From the NCBI GenBank assembly GCA_963514005.1, contig OY740788.1, positions 16,926,001 to 16,990,000 on the forward strand: a stretch of 64,000 nucleotides of DNA, in the 5' to 3' direction. The first letter of the stretch is position 1, and each line of letters starts with the position of its first letter. Shown here piece after piece: positions 37,999-51,150 of the stretch. The notes under the pieces are model-generated. The model saw only the letters and a list, made by a program, of their open reading frames with translations, did not search any database and was not told the DNA's origin. This stretch comes from Raja brachyura. Its lineage: Eukaryota. A program made the translations under genes and the position numbers.

Positions 37999-38415
37999 GG
38001 TTATGGGGTAAAAGGGGCAAATTAATAATAATATAATATCAAAGGGGTTGTTCGCATATGTGTGAGGGGGTAGTTAGTGTGTGTGACGCCGCATGCCGGC
38101 ACTCTCCCCGGCAACCACAGTTTGGGGGACCAGACCCAACGGGTCTGCACTTGGTCTAATATACTTTTAAAACTGTGTGTGTGAGTGTGTGTGTGTGTGC
38201 GCGCGGGCATGTGTGATTTTGCACGTAAACGTATCTCCTCGATAACCAGATGCAAAAACACAGAGATTTTTACCATTTCGGTAGGGACTTTCCTTATGAG
38301 TTCGGTAATGCACCCCTTGGTCAATTATTACCGCAGATTTTGAATAAAATTGATCACAAAACTCAAACAAAACTCAATTTTTAAAATCTAAACTGCTCTC
38401 ACCAGCTGCTGAATC
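37999..38415 (+). mobile_element. Helitron 3' segment joined directly to a Helitron 5' segment
   Basis: 37999-38158 matches the reverse complement of 18191-18360 and ends CAGACCC-AAC-GGGTCTG-CACTTGGTCTA. From 38155 (TCTAATATACTTTTAAAACTGTGTG...) it resembles the 5' end of the 18191-19244 element. Confidence 0.7.
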
Positions 38416-39269
38416 CAGGACCACCTGCCTCCAGCCCCGCTTTGTACCCAATTGGTACTGCATTATTGTTCATTTAGTTTGCCTAATTAATAAATAGATT
38501 TAAGTCGCCTATAATTACAGGTGTATACCCATTGCATGCAGCTCTAAATTTTTGACTCATGCCATCTCTTATGTTACCATTGCTTTTAGGGGGTACAAAT
38601 ACAAGCCCCAGTGACATGTTTGGTGTTCCTTGGCTTCAGCCACTTCAAATCAGGATTTACTGCTATCTTTCCTCACTATTGTATTGATTTCTTCTTTTCC
38701 TAACAAGGTACCTTAACCTTCTTTTCTTTTCATCTTGCGCATTCAGTCCCTATACTTGGAATAACCTGTAGCTATGGCTCCATAGTTGCAGCTATATTAT
38801 CCATCTGTGAGGTTAATTCACTGATCTTACTGCAAATACTTTGCCCATCAAGACACAGCACCTTTAGTCTTGTCCTCTTTATGTTATAATTTGTATCTTA
38901 TTTTGTACGATCACTTGTTTGTTTCTCACCCTCACTTTCTATGACTTTCCCTTTTTGTCTTTTTTTCCAGTGTCGCATTTTTATCCTTTCCTCCTTAATC
39001 TCGCTGCTTAGGTTGCCATACCACCATAATTCTAATTTAAATCCTCTTCAATAATACAGGCAAGGACATTGTGCTACCCGAGTCTAACCTGCCCGAGGGT
39101 AATCCAGTCTCATTCCTCTGCCTGGTCCCCATATATCTCCACCTTTCTTTCGGACACCTATTGAAATCACTTATGACTGCCACAGGGGAATCTGTGTCTG
39201 CTTCTGCAACTATTAGAGCCTAGTTCTTTCAAGTTTAATAATAAAATAAATCCTCATCTCACTCGAGTC

Positions 39270-39930
39270 ATAGTTGTAGCAGTCCAACTTGTCCACGCTG
39301 ACTGTGATGCCAATCTACGCTAATCCCATTTGCCTGCATTTGGCCGATAGCCCCCTGCTCCTTTCCAATTCAAGTACCCGTCCAAATGTCTCTTAAATAT
39401 CATGATGGTACCTGCCTCTCCAACTTTTTCTGGCAGGATCTTCCATATAACCACCACATTCTGCATGAAAAATTCACCCTTTAAGTCTCTTTCAAAGTTT
39501 TCCTCTCTCATCTTAAACATATGACCTTTTGTTTTAGACTCCCCCACTCAAGGATAAAGTCTCTGACTATTTACCTTATCAATGCACCTCAAAAATGTAT
39601 TAATTACAATATGGTTACCTTCAGTATCCTACATTTTGGTGAGAATGAACCCAGTTTATCCAATCTCTCCTCATAATTAAAGTCCTCCATTCCAGGCAGC
39701 ATCTTGATGAATCTCACCCACACTCTTTCGAAAGCTATCATATCCTTCCATAATTTCCAGAACTCTGTACAATATTCCAAGAGCAATGCTTTGTCTAGTT
39801 GCAACACAATATCTCAACTCTTATACTTAATGCCTTTGCCTAAGAAGACAAATGTGCCAACTGCCGCCTTCTCCAGCCTCCCAACGTGTTGTCATTTCAG
39901 AGAGTAATGAACTTGCACCACAAGTCAACA
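39270..39930 (-). mobile_element. CR1 LINE 3' fragment
   Basis: LLEYCTEFW...ERVWVRFIKMLPGMEDFNYEERLDKLG and GESKTKGHMFK...FFMQNVVVIWKILPEKV. Confidence 0.88.
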
Positions 39931-40329
39931 CTGCTGACGTCCATTATAATTACTATATATATATTTATCTAATTTAAGTCCAAAAATGTATTGCCTCAAA
40001 CATGCCTAGATTAAATTCCACCTGCCACCCCTCTTCCTGACTTTTGAACTGATCTATGTTTCTCTGTATTATATCACAAATTTCTTTGCTAGTTTTTACC
40101 CCACCAATTTTTTTTTTGTATCGTCAGCAAACTTACTAATCAGTTCACCTACTGGATCCATGCAATACACGACGTTACAATTTTTAGTCTGCAAAACACC
40201 TCTGCCTTGTAACACCACGACAATTTAGGATCCTGTTTGCCAGCACATCTTGAATACTGTAACTTCTGGACCAGCATATCATGCATGAATTATCAAAACC
40301 TTGTTAAAGTCCACGTTGACCATCTACTT

Positions 40330-40760
40330 TTTTTGGTTCTTTTACCAATTTGTGCTATATGTCCTCTGCTTTTTGACCATGCTGGCAATGGGAATTGTAC
40401 CTTAGAACTAATTCTGTCCACATCTTTTATAATCTTAAATACTATTGTCAGATCCTCATTATGTGATGTTTCAATGAGAACAATCCCAACTTCTCCCAAT
40501 CTATTAAATTTATGAGGATCTAAAGTCCCTCATCTCTGAATATTTTGGTAAATCACTTCTGCACCTTCTCCTAACATGTGGAGTTAGAACTAGGCAAATA
40601 TTCTGTTTGTAGCTGAACCAGTGGGTTTTTTTTGAAGGATCATCAGCACTTCTTTGCTCTTGTGCTCTGGGTCTGTTTTTACAAAGTTGAGGGTTCCACA
40701 CATTTTTAAAACTACTATCTCAAATTGCTCTGCCACACTTAAAAGTCTTGCAGGCATCCA
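40330..40760 (-). mobile_element. Older CR1 3' fragment
   Basis: DLTIVFKIIKDVDRI...FPL..SKSRGH on the minus strand. Confidence 0.6.
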
Positions 40761-40834
40761 CCAAATCGCTTTTGGCGTTTGAGCAAAATAAGAACTACTG
40801 TGGTTTAGAGAACATTATAAATAGGTTGTATATT

Positions 40835-41750
40835 AAGATTGTTTAGCACCTTTCATGACCTCTGAATGCTGCCAAGTGCTTCACAGTCAATAAAGTATAT
40901 CATACGTGTAATCAACATAGTAACATTAGAAATTATAAAACCATACTTATTGAAAGTCAATGTTGCTTTCAGTCATTTGCTCACCAATAAGGAATTCAAG
41001 ATCCATTTAAATAGTGTAAATGTGAAGCCACAAGGGTTGTGTAATATAGGGATAATATGCCAACTCTAAAAACTTGCTTTGCCATATCGATTTAATACTG
41101 GACATTAGCTCATTATTATTGTTCAAATTGCTGGAACTACGAAATCAATCTGCCTAGTTTAATTCTAAACTATGTGAAGTTGCATTGCAAATGCTCATGC
41201 ATGCATCACAAGATGATTCAAAACAAACGTGCGTCTAAAATCCCAAAGGTTCCATTGAACCAAACTTTACATCCATCAATTATTTATGTTAGGGGCTATG
41301 GTTCTTGGAAATGCTTATAACAAGCCTATCACAGGTGTGATTTCACCAAATAAGATGTACATTATGCTGTATCTTATATGGCCTTAGAGCATCACAATAC
41401 TAAGTAATTTTCAAAGCAAAATTATTGCCTATGGATAGTACACTCTTCTCAAACAACATTATGTTTATGCGTACATATCTGTTTTTAATGTATTTTTCTT
41501 TATAAGAATATTAATTATAGGCCAGGACTCTAGGACATCACCAGAGCTTATTTTCAAAATAGTGTCATGGGATCTTTTACATTTAAATCACAGGGCAAGT
41601 TGTCCTATCAGAAAGACAATATCTTTGATCTTGCTGCACTTCCTCAGTTTTGTGCTAGAGTGTCAGTTTGTGCTCGAGCTCAATCACTGGTTGAATCCAA
41701 ACCTCTTGACTTGGAAACAAGAAAGCTATCCATTGAGTTACGGCTGACTA
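40835..41750 (-). mobile_element. DeuSINE (SacSINE1/AmnSINE1-like) relic in two pieces (head/Deu domain 41520-41750; tail 40835-40930)
   Basis: Minus strand: tRNA-like head GTCAGCCGTAACTCAATGGATAGC...GGTTTGGATTCAA, Deu motif TGTAAAAGATCCCATGACACTATTTTGAA, tail TGTGAAGCACTTGG...GAGGTCATGAAAGGTGCTA. Confidence 0.6.
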
Positions 41751-42559
41751 ATAAATCATTATCTTTTCAGTAGCAACAAGAAAGTAGGCACCCGTGGAAT
41801 GTCGATGAAATCTGAACCATTGCAAAATCTGATCTTTTCCAGCCTCATAGTTTAACAAAAGCATTGGCATAGAAACCAGCATTTGTCATTGAAAATAACT
41901 CTTGGCTGGTTTCACAGAGACTCCATTTGGCTTGCATTCAATAGTACTGTAAACTTGTAAAATTCTGACATACTTTTGACTTTCACGGAACTGTCATTTT
42001 TGTTGCTGCTTTTGCACAACCCAAGTCCACACTGGAGCATACTAATTTGTATTGTTCTTGGTTTATTATTGTCATGTGTACCAAGGTGCAGTTGAAAAAC
42101 TTTGCTTTGCCTGAAGTTTGGGCAGATCATACCATCACATGAGTGCAATCATATACATGAGTACAACAAATTGTTCAAAAAGAAAAAGGATACTGAATGC
42201 AGAATATAGGAAATATAACTGTACCTAGGAACATGAAACAAAAAAGTACCAAAGAACCATTGAATTGTGATGATACGCTCATTCTTTCCTCGATGCACCC
42301 CTATATTAATTTCATTTGTCCTGGGTTATTTCTGTGAACCAAGTCCAGTAATGCAGCCTTCCTCTGGTCAAAGACAAGAATGTTCTCTTGCACATAGTTC
42401 AGAAACGCCTTTTTTACACGTGGATAGATGGTCCTTTATCACAGCTCTATGGTTTTTAAATCTATTTTCCCTGTAAATATTTTCTTCACTATCTTTTCCA
42501 TTTGTATGAGCTGCAAAAGAACACCACTGGTGTAAAATTGCACCTTTTTAGTCTCTTAA

Positions 42560-42842
42560 AGGGCTTGTCCCACTTTTTTTGGTGACTTGCAGGCACCCGT
42601 CATAGTCGCAGCAGGTCGCTCAAAATGTTGAAAATCCAGCGGCGACTCTTCGGGCCACTACTCACGACCATACAGACATGTCGCGGGTGACGCCTATTTG
42701 GTTGCGTGCAGTGGCCCAAAAGGTCGTACCTTTTTCTGGTTGCTGCTGGATTTTCAACATTTTGACATTTTTCAGCGAGCTGCTGTGACTATGATGGGTA
42801 CCTGCAAGTTGCCGAAAAATTTGCGTAAGTGGGTCAGGCCCT
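42560..42842. mobile_element. PIF/Harbinger-type MITE, complete
   Basis: TAA|AGGGCTTGTCCCACT ... AGTGGGTCAGGCCCT|TAA. Confidence 0.9.
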
Positions 42843-43686
42843 TAACTCTCAACAGATTATGTCATTAAAACCTATATAAGCCTATATTTATTTAATGCAA
42901 TAAATATAGGCTTAACAGGACACTTCAAATCCATGTAAAGCACACCTTGTGCTGCACGGAAACTTTGAACACATATTTAGAATTCATTCCTGCCCTTTCT
43001 TCACTTAGATCTCTGTTACTCCCACAACATACAATTCTACATGGTTATTTACAACTTCAGTTCTTTGAACATGCCATTTAGTTTTATAGAGATTCTCCAT
43101 AAACACATCTTAGACATGTATTATCTCTGAATCTATCTAAAACCTTGTCCTTCTGCTCAGGCTATTTATTTCTTACAATCTATTTGGAGTACTTTTCTCA
43201 TTTTCTGTGCCAAATGTGTTTAAATTTCGTACCCACCACATCGTAAATAAATCTCCCTGGGAGGACTTTGATCCCAGCTCTGGTTCGATGTAAACTATCC
43301 ATCATGTACAGTCTCACTTCTCCGGCATTGGTCCTCATTCTGCAAGAATTTTAAGCATGTGCTTCTGCCCAATCTCATGAATTTATATACGTTATCTTCC
43401 TACTCCTATGTGCATGGTTCTTGTCACAGGCAATTATCCCAAATTTACCACCTTTTTGAGGTTCTGCTTAATTTCTTTCACAATTCCATTAAATCTGTTG
43501 TTTCTCGTCCCTTCTTCCACAATATTATTGGTACAAATATTGACCATTACCATCCCCCTCTAGAATTTTTCAAGTCACCCGTTGATAGTCCTAATGTCAC
43601 CGTCTTGGAAGGAATGCTCAATCCTGGATAATATCTGCAATCATAGAAATGCTGATCTGCTCCTCCAACTTTAGAATCTTCTATAG

Positions 43687-43919
43687 CAAGAGTTTGCAAC
43701 CTGGGGTAAATTTACCTCAGGTTGTGGTAAATTTGCCTACCCATGGGTAAATTTGTTGATTCTTGATTTGTACGTTTTTTTTCTCATTAACTCACTGTGT
43801 TTGCTTCCGGTATACCGGTATCTGTTCATCATTAATTCTTCATAAATAAGTGAAATAACATTGTTATGTGCTATTAAAGTTGCCAGGGGTAAACGTGATG
43901 AAAAAGGTTGGAACCCCTG
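43687..43919. mobile_element. hAT (Charlie-like) MITE
   Basis: Imperfect TIRs CAAGAGTTTGCAACCT / AGGTTGGAACCCCTG, an 8-bp TSD TTCTATAG / TACTATAG (7/8 match), and repeated GGGTAAA subterminal motifs. Confidence 0.75.
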
Positions 43920-45729
43920 TACTATAGCCTATGCTCTCTTGCCCTTTTTCCTCTCTCCCTTTACATTTAAGCCATTCAAACTGCCACATTAGTTCGAATT
44001 GTACACATCAGGAAAATTTCCCTCCCTCTTTAGTACAGCATTGCAAGCCAAAAGGGTCAATTGTCTAATGCAGCTAGAATTAAACAATGAGATTCATTCT
44101 TGCTGCACTTTCGCAAGGCCATTAATGCAGAAACAGAACAATAATGATGATGTAAGCCCTTCAATTCCCTTTCCACAAACACTTTTGCCTCTTTCTTCCA
44201 CCAATTCTCTGCTTAAAATTATCTCTTTATCATTTCCTTTGGCCATCTTCCCCGATTTCCATGTTGCTATTCTGATGGGATTAATGATCTGAGATACTTG
44301 ATCTTTTTCTCTATGTCCCTGGTGTATTCTGGATTTATTTCAGTCATTTTGCCAATCTGTCCTGTGAAGCACCTGACATCTTACATTATTAGTGGCATTG
44401 TTATAAATAGAGGCTGCTATTCAAAACACCAAATGTGCTTGGCCATCACTAGAAATGAGAATAAAACAAGTCAGTAGTTTTTACCTTGTCTTTTGGATGA
44501 CATGCAGTACCTGGAGGAAGGAGCCAATTAAGTGAACTGCTTTGTTCTGGATGGTGTTGAGTCTCATGTAGAGTTATGGCAGCACAGACCCAAGCAGGAA
44601 TGGAATATCCAGTCACATACCATGCAGATGATGGGAAGGGTTTTTCCACTGTCTCAGTTCTGGAAGTATTCCTTTATTTAAAAAATACATTCTCTGGGTG
44701 GCGAAATATTAGCAATGGATGCACACAATATTTAAGTAAAGCTAAATATTTTCAATCAATTCTGGGCATAGTCAGTACTAGTTCTAAAATGCATTTTGTA
44801 TTGGACGCTGGCAGAAGTAGGATTCTCCTTTTAAGTAATGTGTTCCTAAATGGTGGCAATTTTAATTTATGTAGGTTTTACTGTGAAAAATACCTCAAAG
44901 GTACAATAAGCTTCCACAACGGCAACCTTTAATGAGCAATAAACCAGAGATAATTGGTATGGATTGAACCAAAGCTTGGTTAAAAAAGGCAGGAATCAAG
45001 AAGTACCTATAAAGAAACAGGAACGGTTATTAAAGTGGAAAGATGTATTAACTGACTGCATATTGAACAAAAACTGCCTTCCAGAAATGCTTCCATTGCA
45101 TCAGCATTTTATTTCAAAAAAGAGTATGTTACCTGTCAAACCAGGAAACGGTTGAGTTCACGGCCTCATTATAATCAAAACCATTATTGGAATTATTGAT
45201 TTTTATTGGGGAAAGAAAAACTGACATGAAACTAAGAAAAATACCTATAAAGTTTCTTTCAGATGAGAACATTTTTTTCCCCCACAAATCTGACACTGAA
45301 GTCTTACCTATTGGATTCACTGAAGTCTTGCATTGGTCATCTACAATGAAAGTAAAAGAGAAGTTGGGAAGAAACAAAAGGAAAGACTTGGAAGATTTGT
45401 CTTAATCAAAAGAGGAGGTATCCTTTCAGAATAGTTTGTTAACCATAAAACTCCTTTGTCATTTCAGAAGAGGTCACCTTAAAGAGACGATAATAATAGA
45501 CATTGATTTTGTGGGCAGTTGATTTGATGTTAATTTGCAACAGAAGATCAAGAATAGATTTAGAGCATCAGACTTAGTACAGAATAATTTAGCTGCAAGT
45601 ATCTATTTCTACAGTAATTGTTTCTTATTATGTTTATGCTTACCCAGTGCCTCTGTGTTATTTTTAAATCTGACCTTAAATCTATTGTCCCTTCCGTTCA
45701 TGACTTTCAAACCAATCATCAAATTATTT

Positions 45730-46068
45730 TAGTTTAGTTGATAGATAGCCTAGAAACAGACCCTTTGACCCACCAAGTCCACGTCGACCTTCGACCATTG
45801 ATCATGCGATAATATGGAATGTCGACCGTGCGATAATATGGAACACTAGTTCCATATTATCGCACTTTCAAATCCTACACACAAGGTGGAATTTTCATAA
45901 ACCATTCTGCATGTCTTTGGAAAGTGGGAGGAAACCAGAATACCCAGGAGAAGCCCATGTGGTCACAGGGAAAATGTGCAAACTCCACACAGACAGCACC
46001 CGTAGCCAGGATTGAACCTGGGTCTCTGGCACTATGAGGCAGCAGCATTGCTGCTCTGCCACTGTACC
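45730..46068 (-). mobile_element. tRNA-derived SINE (HE1/V-SINE-like)
   Basis: GGTACAGTGGCAGAGC...AGAGACCCAGGTTCAATCCTGGCTACGGGTGCTGTCTGTGTGGAGTTTGCAC; (CTAAA)n-type tail. Confidence 0.88.
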
Positions 46069-46761
46069 ACAGTAGTAAATTGTTACTACAATCTGGAGTT
46101 TGCTGTATTTTTATTTGCATCCTCATATGAGGTAACCTTTCGGTGAAGTTAAAATCTTTCTTGCATAACCTGATAGCATGGAACCCAAAGGTGCTCACTG
46201 TAATCCCGTTATGCACTTAGGAGATTTTGTATCTCGTACATAAAACCTAATTTTTATTTTATATACTCATGAAAAAAACTGATTTTCATTTGCTTCTCTT
46301 TAAGACAAAAGATGCTTAAGATGCTACTCTTGAAAGTCATATGAATCTTTCCTTATAATTAATCATCTTGTCTCAAAATAAAATTAATATTTTTATATTT
46401 GCATGCTCAATAAGGGGCCATTGTTAAGCAGAACTAGTACAGAGTTAAGCAGAGTTCAGCATCCTAAAGTGATGAATTACAGTGTGGTAGCACAATCTTT
46501 GGCACCTCTGGTTTTCCCTGCACTTGATCTGTCCCTTCATAATATGATAATTAGCAAGAATTTATCTGAGAAATACCCTTTGTATTCTGCACTGTTATTA
46601 GTTCTGACAGCAAGAAGTATAACACTATTCAGGTTATCAAATTGGGAGAACTTTGTCTGCAAATATTTTGTAACTTGGTGTAAAGAACCAAAGGAAAATG
46701 TGAATTTAGGAACGATAATTTGCTGAGCATAATTTAAAAAAAATATGAACATACTTTCAGA

Positions 46762-47095
46762 CTGCATGATGTGGCAGTTAGTACAGCTGTTGCTTTGCAG
46801 AGCCAGAGAACCAGCTTCAATCCTAACCTCAGGTTCTGTTTGTGTGGAGTTTGCATGTTCTCCCTGTGATGTAGTTTCCTTCCGTGCTACTGTCTCCTCC
46901 CACACTCCAAAGACATGCACGCTGGTAAGCTAATTGGCTGCTGTAAATTGTCCCTTGTGTAAACTGGCGATGGAAGTAGTTACAGATTTGGTGAGAATAA
47001 AATAATTGGCATTAATGGAAGATTAGTTTAAATGGGGTTACTGGTCAGTGTGGATTCAGTGGGCTGAAGAATCGGTTTCCAGGCTGCATCTCTCT
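46762..47095 (+). mobile_element. tRNA-derived SINE (HE1/V-SINE-like), diverged
   Basis: GTGGAGTTTGCATGTTCTCCCTGTG...CCCACACTCCAAAGAC...TAAATTGTCCCT and CR1-like tail GTGGGCTGAAGAATCGGTTTCC. Confidence 0.8.
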
Positions 47096-49289
47096 TTCTG
47101 CCTCTATGTACCTTGAATTGTTTTGGAATCCAATAAAACTAATAATAAAACTAAGAAATGAGAATAAACACTGGTAACATTTCTATAACAATGCAGTTCA
47201 ATAATTTTTTTAATTGTTTCTTTCATCCAAAGATAATTCTAACCAAAATTATCAACTTATTCTTTACATTTTTGTATCCCAATGCATGCCTACATCATTG
47301 TCCTCTGGATGTTATTTCAAATAATACATTCCATGAACTAAAAAGAAAAATAAGCGTTGATCCCCAATGTGAGAGGTGGACTAAGATAAAAATGTAATGG
47401 ATTAAATATCAAAAGTTTAATTTGCATAGAAAAGTAGAAGTAGGCATTTGCCCGTCAAACTTTCTTCATCATTCAAAATGTTCATGGTTGCTTATCTCTA
47501 AAACACTTGATCTTTTTTGCCATAATGCATCTAACTCCCTTAAGATTGTTTACATTGATTTGGCCTAGACTGGTTTCTGTGATCGTGAATTGCACAACTT
47601 CACCACTCTTTGGTTGAAAAAATCTTTCCATCATCTCTTTTCCAAATGGTTTTCCTGAATTCTTAGTTTGTGACTACTGGTTCTGGACACCCTGAACATC
47701 AATTACATCCTTCCTGCTTCTGGTCTGTCCAATCCTGGCAAGATTTTATAAACTTCAAATGTGGTTGCCCTGTGTTTCTTCTAACCTTTAGCAGGGAAAC
47801 TAGAGAACGACCAAATTGATGCAAACGCTGCTTACATGAGGATAAATTTAAAAAAATGCATTCAAGCGTATTTTCCAGTGAGTGGACTGTACCTTGCCTT
47901 ATTGGTTAAGTTGTAGGTAACAATTGTTGGAGTTAACAATGTGGATAACAAAGAAGGTTGTTTAAATATACTGGCGGCAGAGATCAGCTGGAAAGCTCGG
48001 CAGAGAGATGACAGATGGAATTAATTCCAGAACAGTGCTAGGTAACGCACTTTGGGCTGCAAGGGCCTGTTCATAATCTGTACGATTTTATGGTTCTCCG
48101 AGAGCACTTGGAACTCTGGATGAAAGGAGAAAGGACTTTAAAGGACAAGTGTTTCTTTTTGAATTAGTTTCCATTTGTTGGGGATTTTTGCACTAGTGAG
48201 ATGTGTGGTGACTGGTTCTTCCCAGCTTCTGCTATTTCTTTTTTCTCGAGATATGCCTTCAGTAGATAGTGTTTCCTCACAAATTATTTTGGACTAAGGT
48301 GAACATATTGGGTTTGGGAATCCAAGAATTAGGCATCTGCAGATTTCAGCACAGTGAACTTGGTGCCTGAGCATTGGCTCAATGCTGGTCGCAAGAACAC
48401 AGAGGTCTGTGCATAGATCACCAATATAATTTAGATGTTTTGCACAGTTCATAGTTGGTAGCAGTTTCCTGGCTCTTTGGTAATGCTCGCACACAGTTGT
48501 GAAACTTATTTGCCTGTGCAGTTGACTTGTATCATACAATTTTCATCAGAATGCCTTCTGTAAAATCCAAAATGAATTTCACTCAGTATTGTTAAATTGC
48601 ACATGTGACAATGAATATCCATTGAACTAATTCCCAATTTAACTGGCAAATCATTGATTAGGCAATTTTTCGGAGGCATCTTATTAGTGCTAACTCACTA
48701 TGCCATCAAACATCTAGTATCACATTATAGTAAATGTTATCCAATAATATTCTTCTCCCATGTCATCAAATTAATGAAATGTTAAATGCTGTACATACCA
48801 AGGCACTGTACATTGTGAACTTGTAGTTTCATTGAACTAGCATTTTATCTGTACCTTTTCCAGTGCTGAAGGAACTTTTATGAACCCTGATAAAGTCTAT
48901 ATCTGTCAGCTGGAAGACATTCAAATAAATAATTTCTCCGATTTATAATTTTCCAATAATAATTTCAAGCTCTTTAAAAGAAAGTAATGGGATGTAAAGT
49001 ACGTCACTGATTTAAGAACCAATATGTGTGTCAGTGCTCGGAGCTTGAGTATTTAATGGCTGAAGAGTTTTACACCTTATCAGACCCCTGCATAAAATGT
49101 CAATATGAAATGATCATATTAATAGATTAAATAGTTTTACTGTCTCCACATTGATTTAACTATTTTTCTGTTGTGGAGAACTTAACTTCAGAACACGAAT
49201 TATGTTTCTCTGGCTTAAATAGATTGTATAGTTAATGGAAGTGGTTTGGTATCTAACTGGGATAATTGTTTTAGTTGCTTTCATTTACA

Positions 49290-49625
49290 GTTATAGTGTC
49301 TTGCAGCATGGAAACAGGCCCTTCGGGCCAACTTGCCCACATTGACCAACATATCCCATCTACATGAGTCTCATCTGCCTGTGTTTGGCCCATATCCCTC
49401 CAAACCTGTCATATCCATTAAACTGTCTAATTGTTTCTTAAACATTGCAATAGTCCCTGGCTCAACTACTTCCTATGTCAACTCGTTCCATATTACCACC
49501 ACCCTTTGTGTGAAAAAGTTACCCCTCAGATTCCTATTAACTCTTTCCCCCTTCACCTGAAACCTATGTCCTCTGGTTTTCGATTCCCCTACTCTGGGCA
49601 AGAGACTTTATGCGTCTACCTGATA
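49290..49625 (-). mobile_element. CR1 LINE 3' end
   Basis: Minus strand GGGGAATCGAAAACCAGAGGACATAGGTT...TTTTTCACACAAAGGGTGGTG...TTGGCCCGAAGGGCCTGTTTCCATGCTG. Confidence 0.88.
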
Positions 49626-50259
49626 GATATTTATAATCTATCTAAAAATAGTTTTATAATCTATTTTAACTTTTCATTCCAGAGTACTAGCCCGGACTCG
49701 ACATTTTGTTTTCATTTCATATTATGTACTTCTAGAATTGATGCTGTGCTTCCTTTAGGATTGGATGCATCCATTGCCAGATCTTTATTTCCCTCACGTC
49801 CTGTTGATATTTCATACAAAGTATTTCTTGACACACAAGCCAGGCAGGTCTGCCAATGCACTCCGGAATGTTCTTCTGTTGTTGTCTGTTCAAAGTCTTC
49901 AGTCCTTTGCAACAGAAAATGACCGTCTTGCTGAAATGTGGTCAGGGCCGGATTTACGTATAAGCTTCACAAGCTTAAGCTTAGGGCCCCGAGATCTAGG
50001 GGGGCCTCAGCCTCGCGTATAAAACTTTTGACATAGTGGCGTTGTTACAAAACCTACCATCAGTGGCGCTGTCCTTGCGATTCTGGAGGCTTTGGTGGTG
50101 GGGAGGAGGGGGGGGTGCGGGATTAAATTGCAGGAGAGGTTTATATTAGTTGTCGGAGAGGATTGACGCTGCCATTCCTGCCATGACCGGCCAGAGCTTC
50201 GAGCTGCAGCCTCAGCACTGAGGTACCATCGCGGAGCGGCCCGCCGAACCCCGTCGCCC

Positions 50260-50485
50260 CACTGGAGCCTACTCACCTCGCCGCCGCACCGGGGCCTACC
50301 CACCTCGCCACTTACTGGGGCCTACTCATCTCGCCGCCTCACTGGGGCCTACCCACCTCACCACCGCACTGGGGCCTACTTGCCTCGCCGCCGCACTGGG
50401 GCCTACCCTCCTCGTCGCCTCACTGGGGCCTACCCACCTCGCTGCCTCACTGGGGCCTACCCACCTTGCTGCCTCACCGGGGCTG
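50260..50485 (+). repeat. ~27-bp GC-rich tandem repeat (ACTGGGGCCTACCCACCTCGCCGCCTC), about 8 units
   Basis: Direct inspection; it gives the periodic RWVGPSEAA peptides in the ORF track. Confidence 0.9.
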
Positions 50486-50639
50486 CCGAACATCGCCGCA
50501 CCACCGACCATCCACCCACCGGTACTTCCCACGCTTCGCCTGCTGACCCGGACTCCACTCCTCACGGTCTTCCACCATTGATTCCACTGACCCTCGCCAC
50601 TCCACCGCCCTCCAGCAGCCCGCAGCCGTCGCCTTACCT

Positions 50640-51150
50640 GAACTCAGCACCGGGCCTGAAGCTTCCATGCTGCAGACTCCCACTCCACTGGGTTTGACTG
50701 CGCTGGGTCCTAGTGCCAGTCCCCCCAACCCTGGTAACATCACTGGCTGTTCCACTGGGTCTTCCCCATCCCCCTCAAACCATGTGATCCCAGCTCATCC
50801 CCACCCACACTACAGTCCTCATACCCCCCTTCCCCCTGACCACCCACCACCCCCCCACCAGACATCGCCTCGGCCTCAGTCCACTCACCTGCCTTCCTCC
50901 AGCCCCAACTCCCATTCTTGTCATGTGTTCACCATCCCCCCCGACCTCCCCCTCTCAGATACCGAACGGTCTGTCCTCAGCAGAGGCCTCACCTTTGTCC
51001 CCTTCTATCCCCACCTCAATGAGTTCCGCACCCACCGCGGTTTGGAGCTCTTCTTCCATCACCTCCGCCTCGCAACATTCTTCCATGGGAAGGAGTCCTC
51101 GCCCCCCATTGATGATCCCTTTTCCCGTCTCCAATGGACCCCCTCCTTTC
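50640..51150 (+). mobile_element. Penelope-like element N-terminal ORF fragment
   Basis: VFTIPPDLPLSDTERSVLSRGLTFVP..PHLNEF...ELFF..LRL..FF matches the PLE pre-RT L(S)xxExxxLxxGLxF motif. Confidence 0.8.

Noticed and set aside
44576-45405. Series of short plus-strand ORFs suggesting a decayed gene
   Set aside because: No recognisable motifs or consistent splice signals.
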